Below are positions 36,270 to 49,569 of a stretch of 64,000 nucleotides of DNA, piece by piece. Origin of the DNA: Dicyema japonicum (Eukaryota > Animalia > Dicyemida); contig RDEW01000035.1 of assembly GCA_011109175.1 (NCBI GenBank), forward strand, positions 201,564-265,563. Direction: 5' to 3'. Numbering within the stretch: the first letter of the stretch is position 1; each line of letters starts with the position of its first letter. The notes beneath the pieces were generated by a model that did no database searches, was not told where the DNA came from, and was given only the letters and a program-made list of their open reading frames with translations. Both the position numbers and the translations under genes were made by a program.

Positions 36270-36900
36270 ATTGCAACAGCTTGACAAAAAACTCGCAACA
36301 ATTATGCACATTCGCAACAAGAAGGTTTATCAAGTAACGCGCTTCTCCGCAGCCCGGATAATCTTAGATGTCAGGCCCCTTCACGAATAGTCGATTGTGG
36401 CCTTCTGAGACATCCTTCAACTGTGACAGGAAATATTTCCAAGTCCATTAGTTATTGCAGCCCAACACTGACTTGGTGGGCCTTTCATGTTCAGTTTGGA
36501 TACAAGTCGTCCACTTTATTAGCGAATATCTTGCGGGCGACGGTAGTTGTTCAGACTTATCCTCCATAGTTGTGTTTGTTTTGTTTTGACTTCTTCCTAG
36601 TTTACTTGAATTCACATTTACACAGTATATAATCAATTTGATTGTAAATCGGAGCCATCTCACCATTCCGATTTTTTATCTGTTCGACCAATGTCGTCAT
36701 GTGCCTTGCGGGCTGTTTGAAGGCCGTATTACACAAAATGATTCTATTCTTATTAGTGAAGAGCCAAGCCAGGTGACAGATAAGTTCTACATTTTCAAGG
36801 ATTTGTAGACCGAGAGTCGTTATTGATGACAATAGAGGGAGTATTGTTGTGAAACAACGTTGAATCTCTATTAGACTAACAAACGTCAGCAATGAAGAGC
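36270..36900 (-). mobile_element. RTE-clade AP-endonuclease fragment
   Basis: ILCNTAFKQPARHMTT and PIYNQIDYILCK, homologous to 47116-47600. Confidence 0.75.
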
Positions 36901-37330
36901 TGTATTGAAGTTTTCTAAAAAAGGATTAAGGAGATTTTAGTTCAATCACCAGGAAATATTGTCGAAATTTTTTTGAAGGACTTCAGAAGAGTTGTTAAAT
37001 GGCTTAAAGTAACTATAATATCATCGGCATAAGAAAAGGAAAGTAAATTATGGTTCGTCAGTAAGCTTGATGGGGAAGATTAATTAGGCCGAATAGAGGA
37101 TTGACCGAACCTTAGATAACTAACCAAATTAATGCAGTCACATACAATCTCCGTCTGGTTGATATATTAACTTCTCAATGGGCAATCATTCTAATCACCC
37201 GTCCGTCGATTTCAAGTAAAAGTAGACGACAACTTGTCTATGACCGAGAAAGTTTTATGTCCATTATCTGCTCATGATTAGATGACATCTCTTCTGACCT
37301 TTTCTACAAACCACATAATTTACCTCAACT
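36900..37330 (-). mobile_element. LINE RT relic
   Basis: *GSV-like block followed by SYADDIIVT. Confidence 0.45.
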
Positions 37331-37452
37331 CCCAGTAATGATTTCTATATGTCTTATACCACGTGGTACATCACCTCGACCTTTGAACCCAATTAACCAC
37401 TAATCAGTATGTGGTCTAAAATTCAACTAAAAAAAACACAATATCATAAACT

Positions 37453-38523
37453 TCATAAATCATCGTTAAAACTAGACATCTCTTTTTCGTCGACATTTTC
37501 AGTGTTTGGAGTCGGTATTTTCACTTGATCTTTTATGGAAGAATCTACTAATTCTTTCTTGTTCTGATCCACCATGTACACGTTTTTAGTTTTTTTGTTA
37601 GAGGAGCATTCATATTTTTCTTCAGTTGACTTCCTTGAACTCCCAGAACTCACTCCATCTTTAGCGTTATGAGTATATGGTTCACTTATATGCCCCTCCT
37701 CCTCCATTTTTGGTAAATTGATATTTTTCCGTTTTTTGGGAATTGTTTGGTATTGTAGAGTGACATTTATCCGCGAAAACTTTTTGAAAAAAGTGCCAAT
37801 GTAAATATACATTTCTATGAGGGAAAACCATTCGAAGAAAGCTGCGATACTGAGAAGAGTCTAAAATATGACATAACTGTACTTTTTCTTTTGAGTAAAA
37901 TGTAACGATTCGAAAAACAGCGACTAATTGAAAAAAACAAAAATACACAAAATAATGATCAAAACGAAAAATGAGGTCAATATGAACTGCAATCTGCAAT
38001 GGAACCTCGAAAAATGACATGGATGTAGTTTGTAGATAATAATAGACATTAAACACATGTAAACTCCAAGGAACGTAAATCCTACTCCTCCCGCTATCCG
38101 ATGGACTGGATTTTCGGGATTTGACTACATAATATAGTTTTTGTACTTCAAAGTTAATTGTGACTAATAATCCCATCCCACTGATGAGAAAAAAGATGAG
38201 ACATAATAAATTAAGGATGTTTTTCTTTCCTTGTTCCAGTAGCTGATTCCTTGTTATGTCATATTTGATGTAGAAAATCAGAATGTCTACAATTCAAAAA
38301 CGGGTTGACTCAATGAGAAGGATAAATTCATAAAAAGTGAGAAAAATGAACTTTCAGGGTAAGAACTGAAAAAATTACTAGAATTTGTTATTTTATATTA
38401 CCTGATGAATGGAATTGGTGGTAGATTGCCTGTTGGGTTATAAAGTACCTTTAAAAGCACAGTACCAACAGTTCCTATAAAGCCAGTTGAAATTGATACT
38501 ATAATAAAATATTTAGGATTCAT
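37453..38523 (-). CDS. Frag1/DRAM/Sfk1-family multipass membrane protein, paralog 1 (318 aa), 6 exons
   Basis: Exons 38523-38402, 38377-38310, 38286-38147, 38124-37947, 37923-37883, 37860-37453 (introns 24,23,22,23,22 nt; 957 nt, open). PFIS..PESSFFSLFMN, YIKY, NFE..VHRIAGGVGF, AAFFEW match DRAM/TMEM150 motifs. Confidence 0.8.
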
Positions 38524-38574
38524 TTAATTTTTGGGTCAAATTATATTTATTTATTTTTTTATTTAAGTTAGTTT

Positions 38575-39850
38575 ATTTAACAATAAAATATTATTTATTG
38601 TATTGATCGGCTGCCGATCCAGCAAACTGCGCCGAGCTGAGTATCATCGAGTTCGAGAAAGAATCAACAGCAGTGCAGTCCCATACGAGCGATTTTCCCA
38701 GTGAACGGAAAGATAGTTAGCCCATTCTATATTTTCCAGTCTTCGCAGTCCAATCCTACTGGCTCCAGCACTGCCGGGAAACCTGCAGCTTTTAAGAGCA
38801 AGAGCACGCATGAAAATGTTGTTCATAGCAGCTGGCGGGGTGCTCTGCCCGCACTCCTTTAGCACGAAAGCGGATGCAGCCCTTTGGAATCGACGATCCA
38901 TTCACAACGACATTGATGTTCGAAGCAAACATCAACTCCCAAGCGCTGTGCGATCCTAATCCGGATACAATCATGGTCCAATAGGGTCTCCAGGGAGGAA
39001 CATGGGAATGCATTCAGCCACGCTTCGCTCCCATGGTTGGCGGCGGACACGAGGCAGACAAGACGATGCTGGTTGGCCTCAGACTTTAGCATGTCGAATA
39101 TAATCTTTGAGTAGATCTCATTCCAGTCTCTTTGCCTCGAAGTTTCACGTCATTTGCGACGGAAAACGTAGGATATCTTGAACCAAAAGGCTTCCACTTG
39201 AGAGCGATAAGACACATGCTGGAAAGGCGATCTCCATCGCCGACCTGAGACCCGTGCCTCCAAGGCGTGTAGGAAACTTGCATTGATTCCAACTCGGCAC
39301 GTCACAGTGGATGTTTTCCAACTGATTTTCTAAATGTCCTATCCAGTGACAGGAGGTTGTCACCATGTTTGAAGCAGGGAGAACAACGGAGAGCGTATAG
39401 GAGTTTGGGCAAGCCGATGCTATTCATCAAAAGGAAGAACCCTGTATGAGCATCGAGTAAGGAGAGTTTCTCCGTAACTCCATTGTTAGTAGATGGCTCC
39501 GCAGTTACTTTTCGTAAAGTGGGCACCCAAGAATGTATGTCTGCTCCCTGGGTACGACAGTAATTCCAGCTAGTACCGAGTTAAAAGACTCGGCCACGTT
39601 GATAAAATCACTCTCCGAGTATGTGATATTTATTAGCTCCGAGTTCATTATATTTATCTCAAGTCCGAAGTTTCGTAGTGCCGGCACGGCATGTGACAGA
39701 GCGTCATGGACTTTTCTCAACGGCTCTCTAATCATGACGTCATCAAGATACAAGAGGTTTAGCTCAGTGTTGATAGAGCGGACAATTTCATTGATGGTCA
39801 GAGCGAAGAAAATTGGACCAAGTGGGTCCTCTTGTTGGACTCCAGTCTCC
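38575..39850 (-). mobile_element. CRE-clade LINE fragment (RT to REL), internally deleted near the 3' end
   Basis: GVQQEDPLGP, YLDD, RLGGTGLR, HGSEAWLNAFP, QCRCEWIVDSKGLHPLSC; jumps from AGSAAD to the AT tail shared with 8455 and 13545. Confidence 0.88.
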
Positions 39851-39859
39851 GAACAGATA

Positions 39860-40490
39860 ATCTTGTCCTCGTGTCAACCTATAAGCTCCACTAAGAGAGT
39901 TCAGGACCTGGCTGGAAACAAGTATGACGAGATAATTTATGCGGACAATCTGGACTTTGTTTCTGAGGATACTCAAACACTTCAGCACATGCTCAGCGTA
40001 CACCCAAATCATATTTTCAAAATGGTTCTTATTTGTAAATACCAACAAAACGGAATTACAACGATTACACGTACTGGGCAGAGATCGGACGAGTCATGGA
40101 GAAGGCAAAAGAAGGTGGGTTCGCTTTTAGGAGACTCTGAATATGTTACTCATAGGAATATCCTTGTTATGAGTGCACTGACAAAAAATATCGTTAATAT
40201 GGAGCGACAGGAAGAGGATAGGATTAAACACCAGGCTTAGAATATATAAAGCTTTTGTGATCCCGGTACTAACTTAAAACTCTGGGACTTGGGGAATCTC
40301 TAAACGGGAAATGGACCGACTTGACTATTTCCACAGAGCTCAGCTCAAATTGGTAATCAAGATTTACTGGCCTATAAAGATCTCTAATGAAAACTTTTAT
40401 ACTAAATGCAAATCCGGCGTGCTGTCAGATGACATTTTCAAATCAAAATGGACCCCTTTTGGCTACGTGTTACGTCTAACTGTTAATTCT
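39860..40490 (+). mobile_element. RTE-clade LINE fragment
   Basis: IIYADNLDFV, SDESWRRQKKVGSLLGDSEY; similar to 1752-2550 and 9290-9860. Confidence 0.85.
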
Positions 40491-41029
40491 ATTATTACTA
40501 CTCAGATAGTCTAAATCCGAGTGGAAGTTTATATTATGGTCAGAATGAAAAGTGATAATGAGATTGTGATCATGTCTGACAAATTACTTAAGTTGAGACA
40601 TATATATTATTTCTGGAGAGCTAAGATACGCTCTAGTGAAAAGTATCCTTATTTTTCCCAATTAAACTTATTTTTTGAAAGTTTACTGTAACATCATGAA
40701 ATTATAGAGAGGCGTTATCAATCGATTTTAAGGACATCCATTCTTCTCTGGAGTCTCTCTTAACTATGTTAGGTTACTTATTGGGGAATGGCAAATGAAT
40801 CGTTCTAATAAAGACGTCTCCATTTTATTAGAGTCAAAAAGTTCTTTGAAGATTAGAAATTTTTCTTAAATAAAGCCTTTGACAACCCAATCTCAATCTC
40901 CAACGTTAACAAGTTTCACAGAGTCGTAGAGTCGTACTGCACCTCCCATTGTACAAACCTCTCCCTATTTAAAAACATAATGCCAGTAAAAGGAATAACA
41001 TAAAACAAAGGATAATGTTATACGACACC

Positions 41030-41460
41030 TTTATCAAACCAATCCTCCTATACAACTCTGGGACCTGGGCCACCTCAAAAGAGGAATTGGAAAGGCTAGA
41101 CTCGTTTCACATGAATCATCTAAAAACATAACTGGAATGTCGTGGCTATCTAAGATCTCGCGGAAAAAATGTACAATATGTGTGAACTACACCAATAAGT
41201 CTCGAGATCATTAGCTCTCGTTGGAGACTCTTTGGACATGTACTGAGGTTAGACCCAACATGCTCCCTTCTGAATATTGCCATGGAAGATTACTACTCCT
41301 CCCATGTAAAACGCATTCTTGGAAGACCGAGAACAACCCTCCCTGTCGTTTTAAAAGGCGATCTGAAAGGCAAAAAGAAAACATTGGCATCTGCTGACGA
41401 CCTGGACAAACTGAGGAATCTGGCTAAGAACAAAAAAGCCTGGAACAAGCTAACTTTTTC
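41030..41460 (+). mobile_element. RTE-clade LINE 3' fragment
   Basis: ILLYNSGTW, SRWRLFGHVLRL, LGRPRTTLPVVL. Confidence 0.85.
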
Positions 41461-41599
41461 TCTTATATTTTTTGCTGCACATGCAGGGCTTATGGTTCTC
41501 GTGAAAGTGCCAAAAATAAAAATAATGATGCCAGTGGATTTGAAAACAGAGATCAACCCCAATATGACCATGTACTTTAAGTGATGTCCCAGAGAATTT

Positions 41600-42330
41600 A
41601 AAAATATTTGTCAATAGTGACAAGTTTCACAATTTGAGGAGGCTGATGCAAGGTGGGGATCCACATAGTCATTCGATCAGTTTCAATTATCTCAATAATC
41701 TCAAAAAATTAAAAATTACAATTTCATTAACTCTTATCAAAACAACAACTAACTCCAAAAAAAATATGTAAACAATATGAATCCCCATAAATTATCCACT
41801 TGCCGTCGTAACCTATTCCCAACCTGTCAATTTTTTGGAAAAACGACGCCTGTCTTGACATTTACTGGAACATCTTTAGAGCCCACAAATTATAAGTTAC
41901 ATGAAAAACGACTATAAAGATCAATAATTTCTGTATTTGTAAGAATACTCGTGGAGAAATGATATTATAACGGTAAAGGAACTTAATAAATAGCTGAGAG
42001 TCTTCTAAATATTAGAAACGGAAGACTAGAGGGAAACATGCTGATGATTTTCCACCACGGTGTTATTTGAAATTTTTTTTAGCAAAATTCTCTCAAAAAT
42101 TTTGGAAACCACAAACAGAACGGAGATGGTCTTGAACAATGAAGGATCTACTGGACTCTTGTTAGGCTTTAGGATTGTGATAATCTTCGATTTTTCAATA
42201 AATCTGGAATGTGTGATGAGTAAGGAAATTTTTATGATACAATGAAGTCCCTCTAATTGGCCAAGAATACTATCTTATATGTTCAAAAATGCAATTTTCC
42301 TAAATAAATTGGCAAATTCTCCAATTGGAC
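41600..42330 (-). mobile_element. Jockey-like LINE RT relic
   Basis: KIITILKPNKSPVDPSLFKTISVLFVVSKIFERIL corresponds to the RT N-terminal YRPISLL..SKxxER region. Confidence 0.6.
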
Positions 42331-42693
42331 ACTCACTATTAAAAAACATAAAATTTTTTTACTATTTTTTTTAAATTATTTTACTAAAAAATCAAAATTT
42401 CAAATTAAAAAATTAACACGTGTTCGAAACCTTCTCGTTGCTTAATTGTTTTTAAAAACTCGAAATTTTGAGATATAAAGCACCTATCATGAACAAATTA
42501 AAAATACTCTTAAATCCCTTCAAATTCATCCATTCAACAAGCTTACTATCAAGTTTATGAAATTTTAATGATTTGCATGTCTTTGTTTAAAGAATATAAT
42601 TTTTAGATATTTTTAATATGGAGCCTTGGAAATTAAGAATGTAATCACCGTTTTTCTTGAATTTCGAATATTAAATAAATCAGAGAAGAGAAT

Positions 42694-42770
42694 CTCACTA
42701 AATTGTGCCAAATAATCGCTGATTATTTAATCTCTAAATTGTGCACTAAACAATCGCTGATTTATTTAAT
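42694..42770 (+). repeat. Tandem duplication, about 38-39 bp x2
   Basis: CTCACTAAATTGTGCCAAATAATCGCTGATTATTTAAT followed by CTCTAAATTGTGCACTAAACAATCGCTGATTTATTTAAT. Confidence 0.8.
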
Positions 42771-42999
42771 ATTCGAATCCAGCTCAGATAGTCACAATTA
42801 ATTAATCCATGAGAGAAACCAAAGTGAGAACGTCTGGTTGTGCCTACCAAATCCATCCTCCAATAGTTCATTACAGGTTTCTGAGAGAAATTGAAAAGTA
42901 GGTCAGCCTCTTTCATTTTCATCTCATGTCGTACCGTCGCGGAAATTCTTGGTGGAAGAATTTCTATAATAGCAAACTTTTCTATTGGATTTGGTCACG

Positions 43000-44300
43000 G
43001 GAAATGTCAAAGTTTATTATTCGTACTTTTTTTTTATAAAAAGTAATTAAATAATAGATTATGGCATAATACGATTAGGAGACAATTTGGTTGTTAGTCT
43101 TTAATATTTTATTACGAGAAGTTAGAATCCAGTCAGACGCACAACTTGGAGAAACTTTGTCAGTTGAATTTATTTCAAAGACCACAATTCAAGATTATAA
43201 CTTCAAACTATGTGATCTCAACATCCTTACAATGCTCTCAGTTTGGTTCGGTATTCCAATTTGAGTTCCACAAGCCACTGATGATCGGAGATAGGAGTAA
43301 TGTCATAACTTTTTTAAACAAATTGAGTTTTCCGGGGAATTGTCAGCAGACTTTTCGTTTTATAAGTGTAAGTGTCGTGTATGATGACAGAGGAATCAAT
43401 ATATTGTAAACCTTTTGAATGAACAAACTGATAATTTCCGCGGCTTCATCTATCTAACGTATTTGTGATGAGAGTCTTTTGCCCAATTCATTCTATCGAA
43501 GTCACTTAAACCAGACCAATCAACCTTACTATAGTTTTTTAATCTTTTCACTTCAGCCTGCAATAGATCCTCTTACATAAGATACGACCATTTGTGATGA
43601 ACTCGCATCGGCTGTCAAAGAGCTGTGAAGCAAGTCAAACGGAGTGTCGGATATTGAGGTTGCCACTTGTAAGATGTTCTTTAGTGATGAGAGGAGGTAG
43701 GTTCGGGGTGTAGGATTTTGTGGAGATCATTCTGGCGGAATGTATGAGTTAATCAAATTAATCCAAAAAGACGGGATTTTGAAGTTAATCTGCTCCATAC
43801 TATTGTCTGAGCCCAAAACCTCAAACCTCTGATCTTGTTGACTCAAGTCAATGAAGGGTATACTTTTCTTTGCAATCGTTAGTAGGTCTCCACCTGGTGT
43901 TCCCTGAAGGTTATTACTGATCACTATGAATCCGGGGAAGGAAGGTTATGGCGTGGTGGATGAGAGCTTTGATTCCTGGATGGGAGCAAGGTAAGCCTAA
44001 TTGAGGAGAAGAGATTTCGGAGTTCCAAAATCTTTCTTCTAATTCCAATTGTATTTATTTGTAGAGTTATTAAGTCTCCACGTAGACCAGGGATTGTTTA
44101 ATCTTCCAGAACAATGATGACACCAGACGATGTCAGAGGCAAATAGGTTATGGGAAACCCAAAATGGAGTGAGAAGTTGATGATTTTTTCGTTCCTTTCC
44201 TGAATGGGTGACACGTTTACACGTTTTCGGGTGAGCCATAAGAAATCATGTTAAGCAAATGTTAAGTATCTACTTCGCATTAACATTAATAGAAACGTTT
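43000..44300 (-). mobile_element. LINE AP-endonuclease/linker relic
   Basis: PGGDLLTIAKKSIPF (GG-G-xx-I motif of APE) in a long fragmented reading frame. Confidence 0.4.
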
Positions 44301-44588
44301 ACATATTGCAACCAATGCTAATGAAAACATACTAAGACTAGATGTCTTTTCTGCGAAGAAATTGAGTAAGATAATATTAATAATTATTATTTCTCAAATT
44401 CCGATTAAATTAATTTGTTAACATCAGTTTGTAAAGTCTAGGATGGTGGCAAAAATTAGGAAGCATAAATAGATCGATCCCACCATTAAATATAAGATTA
44501 TCTTAATAAATAAATAAAAATTTGATTTATTTTAAATAAAAATTAAAACTGAATTTATAAACTTAGAAAGTGACATAAATTAAAATAT

Positions 44589-45620
44589 GACGTGTTCATT
44601 CAGTATTGTTGTGCTGTCAATATTTTTCTCATTTATCGCAAATCTTTGTGGTGATTTAATATTTCATGGGGATTATTCGATAACAAATATACAAGATAAT
44701 GTATTTTATAAATAATAGTAGTAGACAACAAGTAATTGGTCAGTATCAAATGTCATCGAAATTTACACATAAATAAAATAGAATTAAATTCTATCAAAGA
44801 TAATAAAACCTATGAGAATTTAGTAACCTTCCTTCAAGTCAAAAATAGAGAATATTACAGATGTGGACATATTGTTTTTAATTTTGAGAATCACTATTAT
44901 CTCACTTTTTATTAGTTTAAGATACGACATCTGAATGATTTTACTATACCACATTTTATTGGAAAAGGTTTAAGCTTAAAAAAATTTAGCTAATGACTAC
45001 GATTTAGCAAATGATCCATATTCTCAAATTCGATATTTTGTCGCCGAAAATAGACTAAAGGCTATTTTAAGTGGGCATATCGTACGTAGTAGCACATAAT
45101 CTTCACAACGTAAATTGTTAAATTTAAGTTTATATAAGCTTTCCTAATTATTTGAAAACTATGTAAAAACAAAAATTGATTTTAAAAACGATAGAATTAA
45201 GTTACTTCTAAATTTTTTTATTTATTTAATTTGAATCAAAATAAATATTATTTATCGGAAATTTGTTTTTTGTGGGATAAAAAGTATATTGGTTATATTC
45301 TCATTATCCGGTGTATGTTAAAATTGGAAATTTTTATTATTGTGAAAAGGATTCTATAACGATCCCGGGAAAATTTTACGTCAATTTTATATTATTTAAA
45401 GCTCAAATTTTCCCAAATGATTTGAAATTCCGTTACAAAAAAAAGTTCAAATTATGGTGATTTTAGATTCCGGATGTTTTCTAAGAGAAATCTCTAACGA
45501 TACCCTATTTGATTTATATTTTAAATTTCTGACGTGTTTGGGAATATGGTGATCTTGATTACATTTATTCAATTTTCAATTTAGTTAAATTAATTTTATT
45601 TTGCACGCTATTTTTTTTGT
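44589..45620 (+). pseudogene. Degenerate copy of a duplicated sequence, possibly a secreted or single-pass membrane protein gene
   Basis: Starts MTCSFSIVVLSIFFSFIANLCG after an AT block; 45050-45560 aligns with the reverse complement of 63440-64000; multiple stops. Confidence 0.35.
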
Positions 45621-45959
45621 TCAAAAGAGGCCAAAATGTTTAGAATTGAATGGTTCTTGATGTTTTTGTAGAAGTGATTATGCGAGTCACCAGTTTCTCA
45701 TCATCAATCTCTATTCAAAGGCTATACCCAAAAGGACAACATTCTAGAAAATTACGAAAATTGTGCCAATGACAGACGCCGACTAGATTGTTCTCCCCAA
45801 GTCCTATTTTACGAGGACTCAACTTACAAGTAAAATCAACTATAGATCTCAGATTTTTAGCTAATTCTACAAAGGCTAATTTATTATCAGAAACCACTAT
45901 AAAAACACAGAATTAGGTACTGCACGTTTCAGAAGCGCCTCGTCATATTACCTCTTTGA

Positions 45960-48130
45960 TCTACTCTTGAGAGACACAAGCACGTATTGGAGGGTGAAAC
46001 ATCCGTTAGAACGTTCATTCAACAAATTATCATATTAGTGACACCAGAGATGTGGATGTTGTGTCTTTATTTTATTAAATTACTTGTAATCCCATATTTT
46101 AATCATAACTCGATTTTCGTGACTTCAAATCATAGAGATCCCTCGTTAGGAACATCAACAAAACGTACACTTTGCTGCGTTGTTCCAAGTAATAGACGGA
46201 TCATTCTGACACTGTCCTCGTCAACCAACTTCTCCAAGATATCCAAAAGTCTCCCTCTGTGTATAGAGTCAAAGGCTTTGGACATATCCATGCCAAGGAT
46301 GCCAGTAGCCCCCTTGTACTTTTGATGTGTTGCACAAAGCCATCGATATCCCCAGACCACATCAGCTGTAGATCTCCTGACCTGAATCCGCTTTGACCGT
46401 AGAGAGAAAGTTCTCGATGTCAGGTCCAATCCTGTTCAGCACTATAAGTGATAATGTCTTGCGTAGAGTCGTCAATAGTACGATGGGTCTTAAATTCGTT
46501 AAAGGGCCTTTAGCTTTGCCCGGTTTTTGTAGTGCAATTAGTGTTCCATTACCCACATCCAGGGTGAGTTGTATTTGAATGTTTTGTTGTATATCTCAGT
46601 TAATAGTTCAGAGATCTCGGTCGGTGCATATTTGAGAAGTTCTGCATTTATGTTGTCAGGGCCAGCAGCTCTATTGTTGTTCAGTTTGTCCAGGGCGTTT
46701 TTGTTTCCAGAATCGTTATCGGAATATTTAGTTCTCGTGCTTCACCATCGAATTGTTTGATTTTTTCCCCGTGGTTTTGATTGAAGGCCTGCTGATAATT
46801 ACTGAATATGGCCGATAGAATTTCATTTTTGTTTAACATAGTCTTTCCAAACTGATCATGTATTGTGATTTTTGATGACTGCGTGTCTCTATGTAGTAGG
46901 TGGCTTGAACATCTGCGCTCCGTTTTTGAGTCTTTCTACTTTTTTAGCCATTCCAGCAAGTTTATTTTCCTTTATTTCCCTTCGTTCTTTGCTTTATTTT
47001 ATACAGGGTTTGGTTCCGCATGACTCTTAGAGTGTGTTCCTTTGCCTGGTCCTGGCAGGTTTCGACCTGTAAACGTAGGTTCCTCTGCAATTTGGATAGT
47101 TCTTCAAGCTCGTGGTCATAGTGTCCGTTGTAAATGCTTCGGTTTTACTCCGACTGTTGAATGGGCCGCGCACTTTATTGCATCGATGGTGTCTTGCCAC
47201 AGCTCCCCAGGCATTTTTTCTTTATTCCACTGTCTGATCTTTTCTCTCAATGTATTTTGATAGCTTTCCCGAGTCGGTCCCACCATGCAGAGTTGCTCCA
47301 CTGCGAACCTCCCTTCAGATATCCTCATGCGAGCCGCTTTGAAAACCCCAAAATATCGTGTGAAAAGGATACGTGCCACAACCAATCTGTGATCACTATC
47401 TACTAGTGTCACACTGTAGCTCGGAGAATCCGTTAGTAGTGCCTTGTAGGCTTGTTTGCAGACAATGTAATCTATTTGGTTATATATAGGCTTGATAATC
47501 CCAGATTTGTCCTTTCGGTAGGAGCTCCACATCGTCTTTTATCTTGCTGAGTGCCTGAAAGAAGTATTGCTTAGAAATAGTTTGAATGTATTGCAAAATT
47601 CTACAAGCGATTCTCCTGACTGGTTCCTGATCCCTCTTCCATGGAATCTCATCAATTCTTCGTGATTACTCTCACGTACTGCCTTTGCGTCCCAATCTTC
47701 AGCAATGTATATCATGAACGACGTTTCCAAAGATTCATATACTTGGGACAAGGAAGGATAGAAGTCGTCTAGTTCGTCTCCATTGATTGATACTCTCACC
47801 GAAGTAGGTGCACATACATTAATAATGGAGATTATGGAATTGTTCCTTTCACCGTATTTTAATTCTAAAACACACATTCTATCGCTCACCCTCCACGTTT
47901 TGTGGATTCGATTGTTCAGTTTTTACGTATTGCAAATCCCATGCAGTAATGTGGGCAATTCAAAGGGTGCAGAATCAGGCGGAAATCATTGTTGATTTCA
48001 TCTAGTCCGTCTTTTACTTTCGTTTACTGTAAGCACGCCACGGTTACCTTGTACGATCCAAGATCTACGCATAGATTTCTTCTTTTAGTATCCGACTTTA
48101 ATCCTCTTACATTGAACGAGCTAATAGTGA
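45960..48130 (-). mobile_element. RTE-clade LINE (APE + N-terminal RT), fragmented
   Basis: SSFNVRGL, PIYNQIDYIVCK, VDSDHRLVVARI, KAAGPDNI, NLRPIVLL, GMDMSKAFDSIHRGRL. Confidence 0.9.
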
Positions 48131-48301
48131 AAGATCCCGAAGAAAAGCACGAAAAAGACATGTGTGCAATAGAACCACGTCACCAGCTCAACCCTTAATT
48201 TAGATCCATTTATTATATAATTATTGATTTCATCAAAAGTAAATATTAATATATTAAATATAATTTAAATATTTTTGATAAATTGTTGTGTTGATTGATT
48301 A

Positions 48302-48668
48302 ATGGATAATCCTCCGCCTTATTCGCCCAAACAAGAATATGCAAGCGCTCCATATCCACAGGGGCCGACTGTCACCACTCAGTTTACAACCAACCCGAAT
48401 GTGGCTTATGTGCAACCTCAGATTATCACAAATCCAAATGTTCTCTATGTACATCCCCATCAAAGAGTTGTTGCTGTCCCTCAAAATTACGGAACATGTA
48501 GGAATTGTGGAGTATTTAATAATGTAATAAAATTAGGTTGGCAGAATTGAGTCTTCCTTTACTTTGTTGGGGATTTTTTTGGCTATAGTCTGTTTTCCTA
48601 TTGGAGTCCTATGTTGTCTATTGATGACTGAGAGGAGATGTTTACATTGTGGAGAATATTGTGGCTAA
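48302..48668 (+). CDS. BRI3-like (DUF2367-type) small membrane protein, 113 aa, 2 exons
   Basis: Exons 48302-48511 and 48537-48668 (25-nt intron; 342 nt, open): PPPY motif, CRNCG|VGRIESSFTLLGIFLAIVCFPIGVLCCLLMTERRCLHCG matches the CxxC-TM-CC-CxxC pattern of BRI3. Confidence 0.82.
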
Positions 48669-48720
48669 TTTACTTACATTATTTCTACTAAAATTTTATT
48701 AACTTAAAAAATATCTTATT

Positions 48721-48823
48721 CATCGAGTGCTGAGTGAGTATAATATCAATATGAGGCCGACAAATATAGACCGACTGTACGTGGAGGTTAAGCTTGACCG
48801 TGGTCGAGATCAGTGGTTCTCAA
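48721..48823 (+). repeat. About 100-bp duplicated segment ending in a hAT-type TIR
   Basis: Aligns with 51699-51804; both end in GTC(G/T)AGAT CAGTGGTTCTCAA. Confidence 0.8.
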
Positions 48824-48969
48824 CGAAAAGCGAATGGCGTCTTTTGGGCGATTTTTCTGATCAGGGGAGCGATGGCCTCGAACAGCTCATTGACATGTGA
48901 AAAATTAAAGACGGATAAATAATCGAGTCTTATATTATTTATATTAATTTGATAAAGCGAAAGATAAGA

Positions 48970-49030
48970 GAGTAAACGGTTATATAGCGGTTGCCATGAC
49001 TGCGTGGCTATTCCCTCTCAGGATAGGGAG
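48970..49030 (-). mobile_element. CRE-clade micro-fragment
   Basis: RISLPILRGNSHAVMATA. Confidence 0.55.
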
Positions 49031-49569
49031 CGAGATTCGCTCAAATAACCATCAGATATATAACATTATATTTAATTTATTATTATTATTGAACCAGAAA
49101 ACCACCGTCATATCCGAACTAAACAAATTCAGGTGATCCCGGCCTCCCTCAACAGTTTTCGCATTTTTTCTCGATGTTTTGACTGCGTTCCTGCGCATTT
49201 CCGATATGGGCGAGATCCGCATACTCGAATCCTTCACAGGTATACTGTTTCACTGGCCTCTATCAAATTTTCATGGTTTCTGGGCAGGATTTCCTTAGTA
49301 GGTTTGCTGCCTTCACTTGAATGTTGCAGATCTTGTCCAAATTTGTTGCTGCAAGGTTAGATCCCCAGACAATACATGCGTATCCTATTGTAGACCCGAT
49401 GAAATGTTTGTATATGACATCCAGTCCTGGTTCACTAATAATAATTCAATTATAATTATTAGCGTTGAAAAAAACAGAATTTTTTGAATAAAAAAGAATT
49501 ATGAAAATAAAAACATTTTAAATTCTCGTTTTAATAAAAGTATATTTCAAAATTTTTCTGGACTATTTT

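Noticed and set aside
39533-40240. 235-aa ORF from the track
   Set aside because: Chimera of antisense CRE sequence and an abutting sense RTE fragment; not a gene.
49090-49400. Possible second copy of the PHD region
   Set aside because: Translates to IGYACIVWG..KICNIQVKA, an RT thumb of a different LINE.
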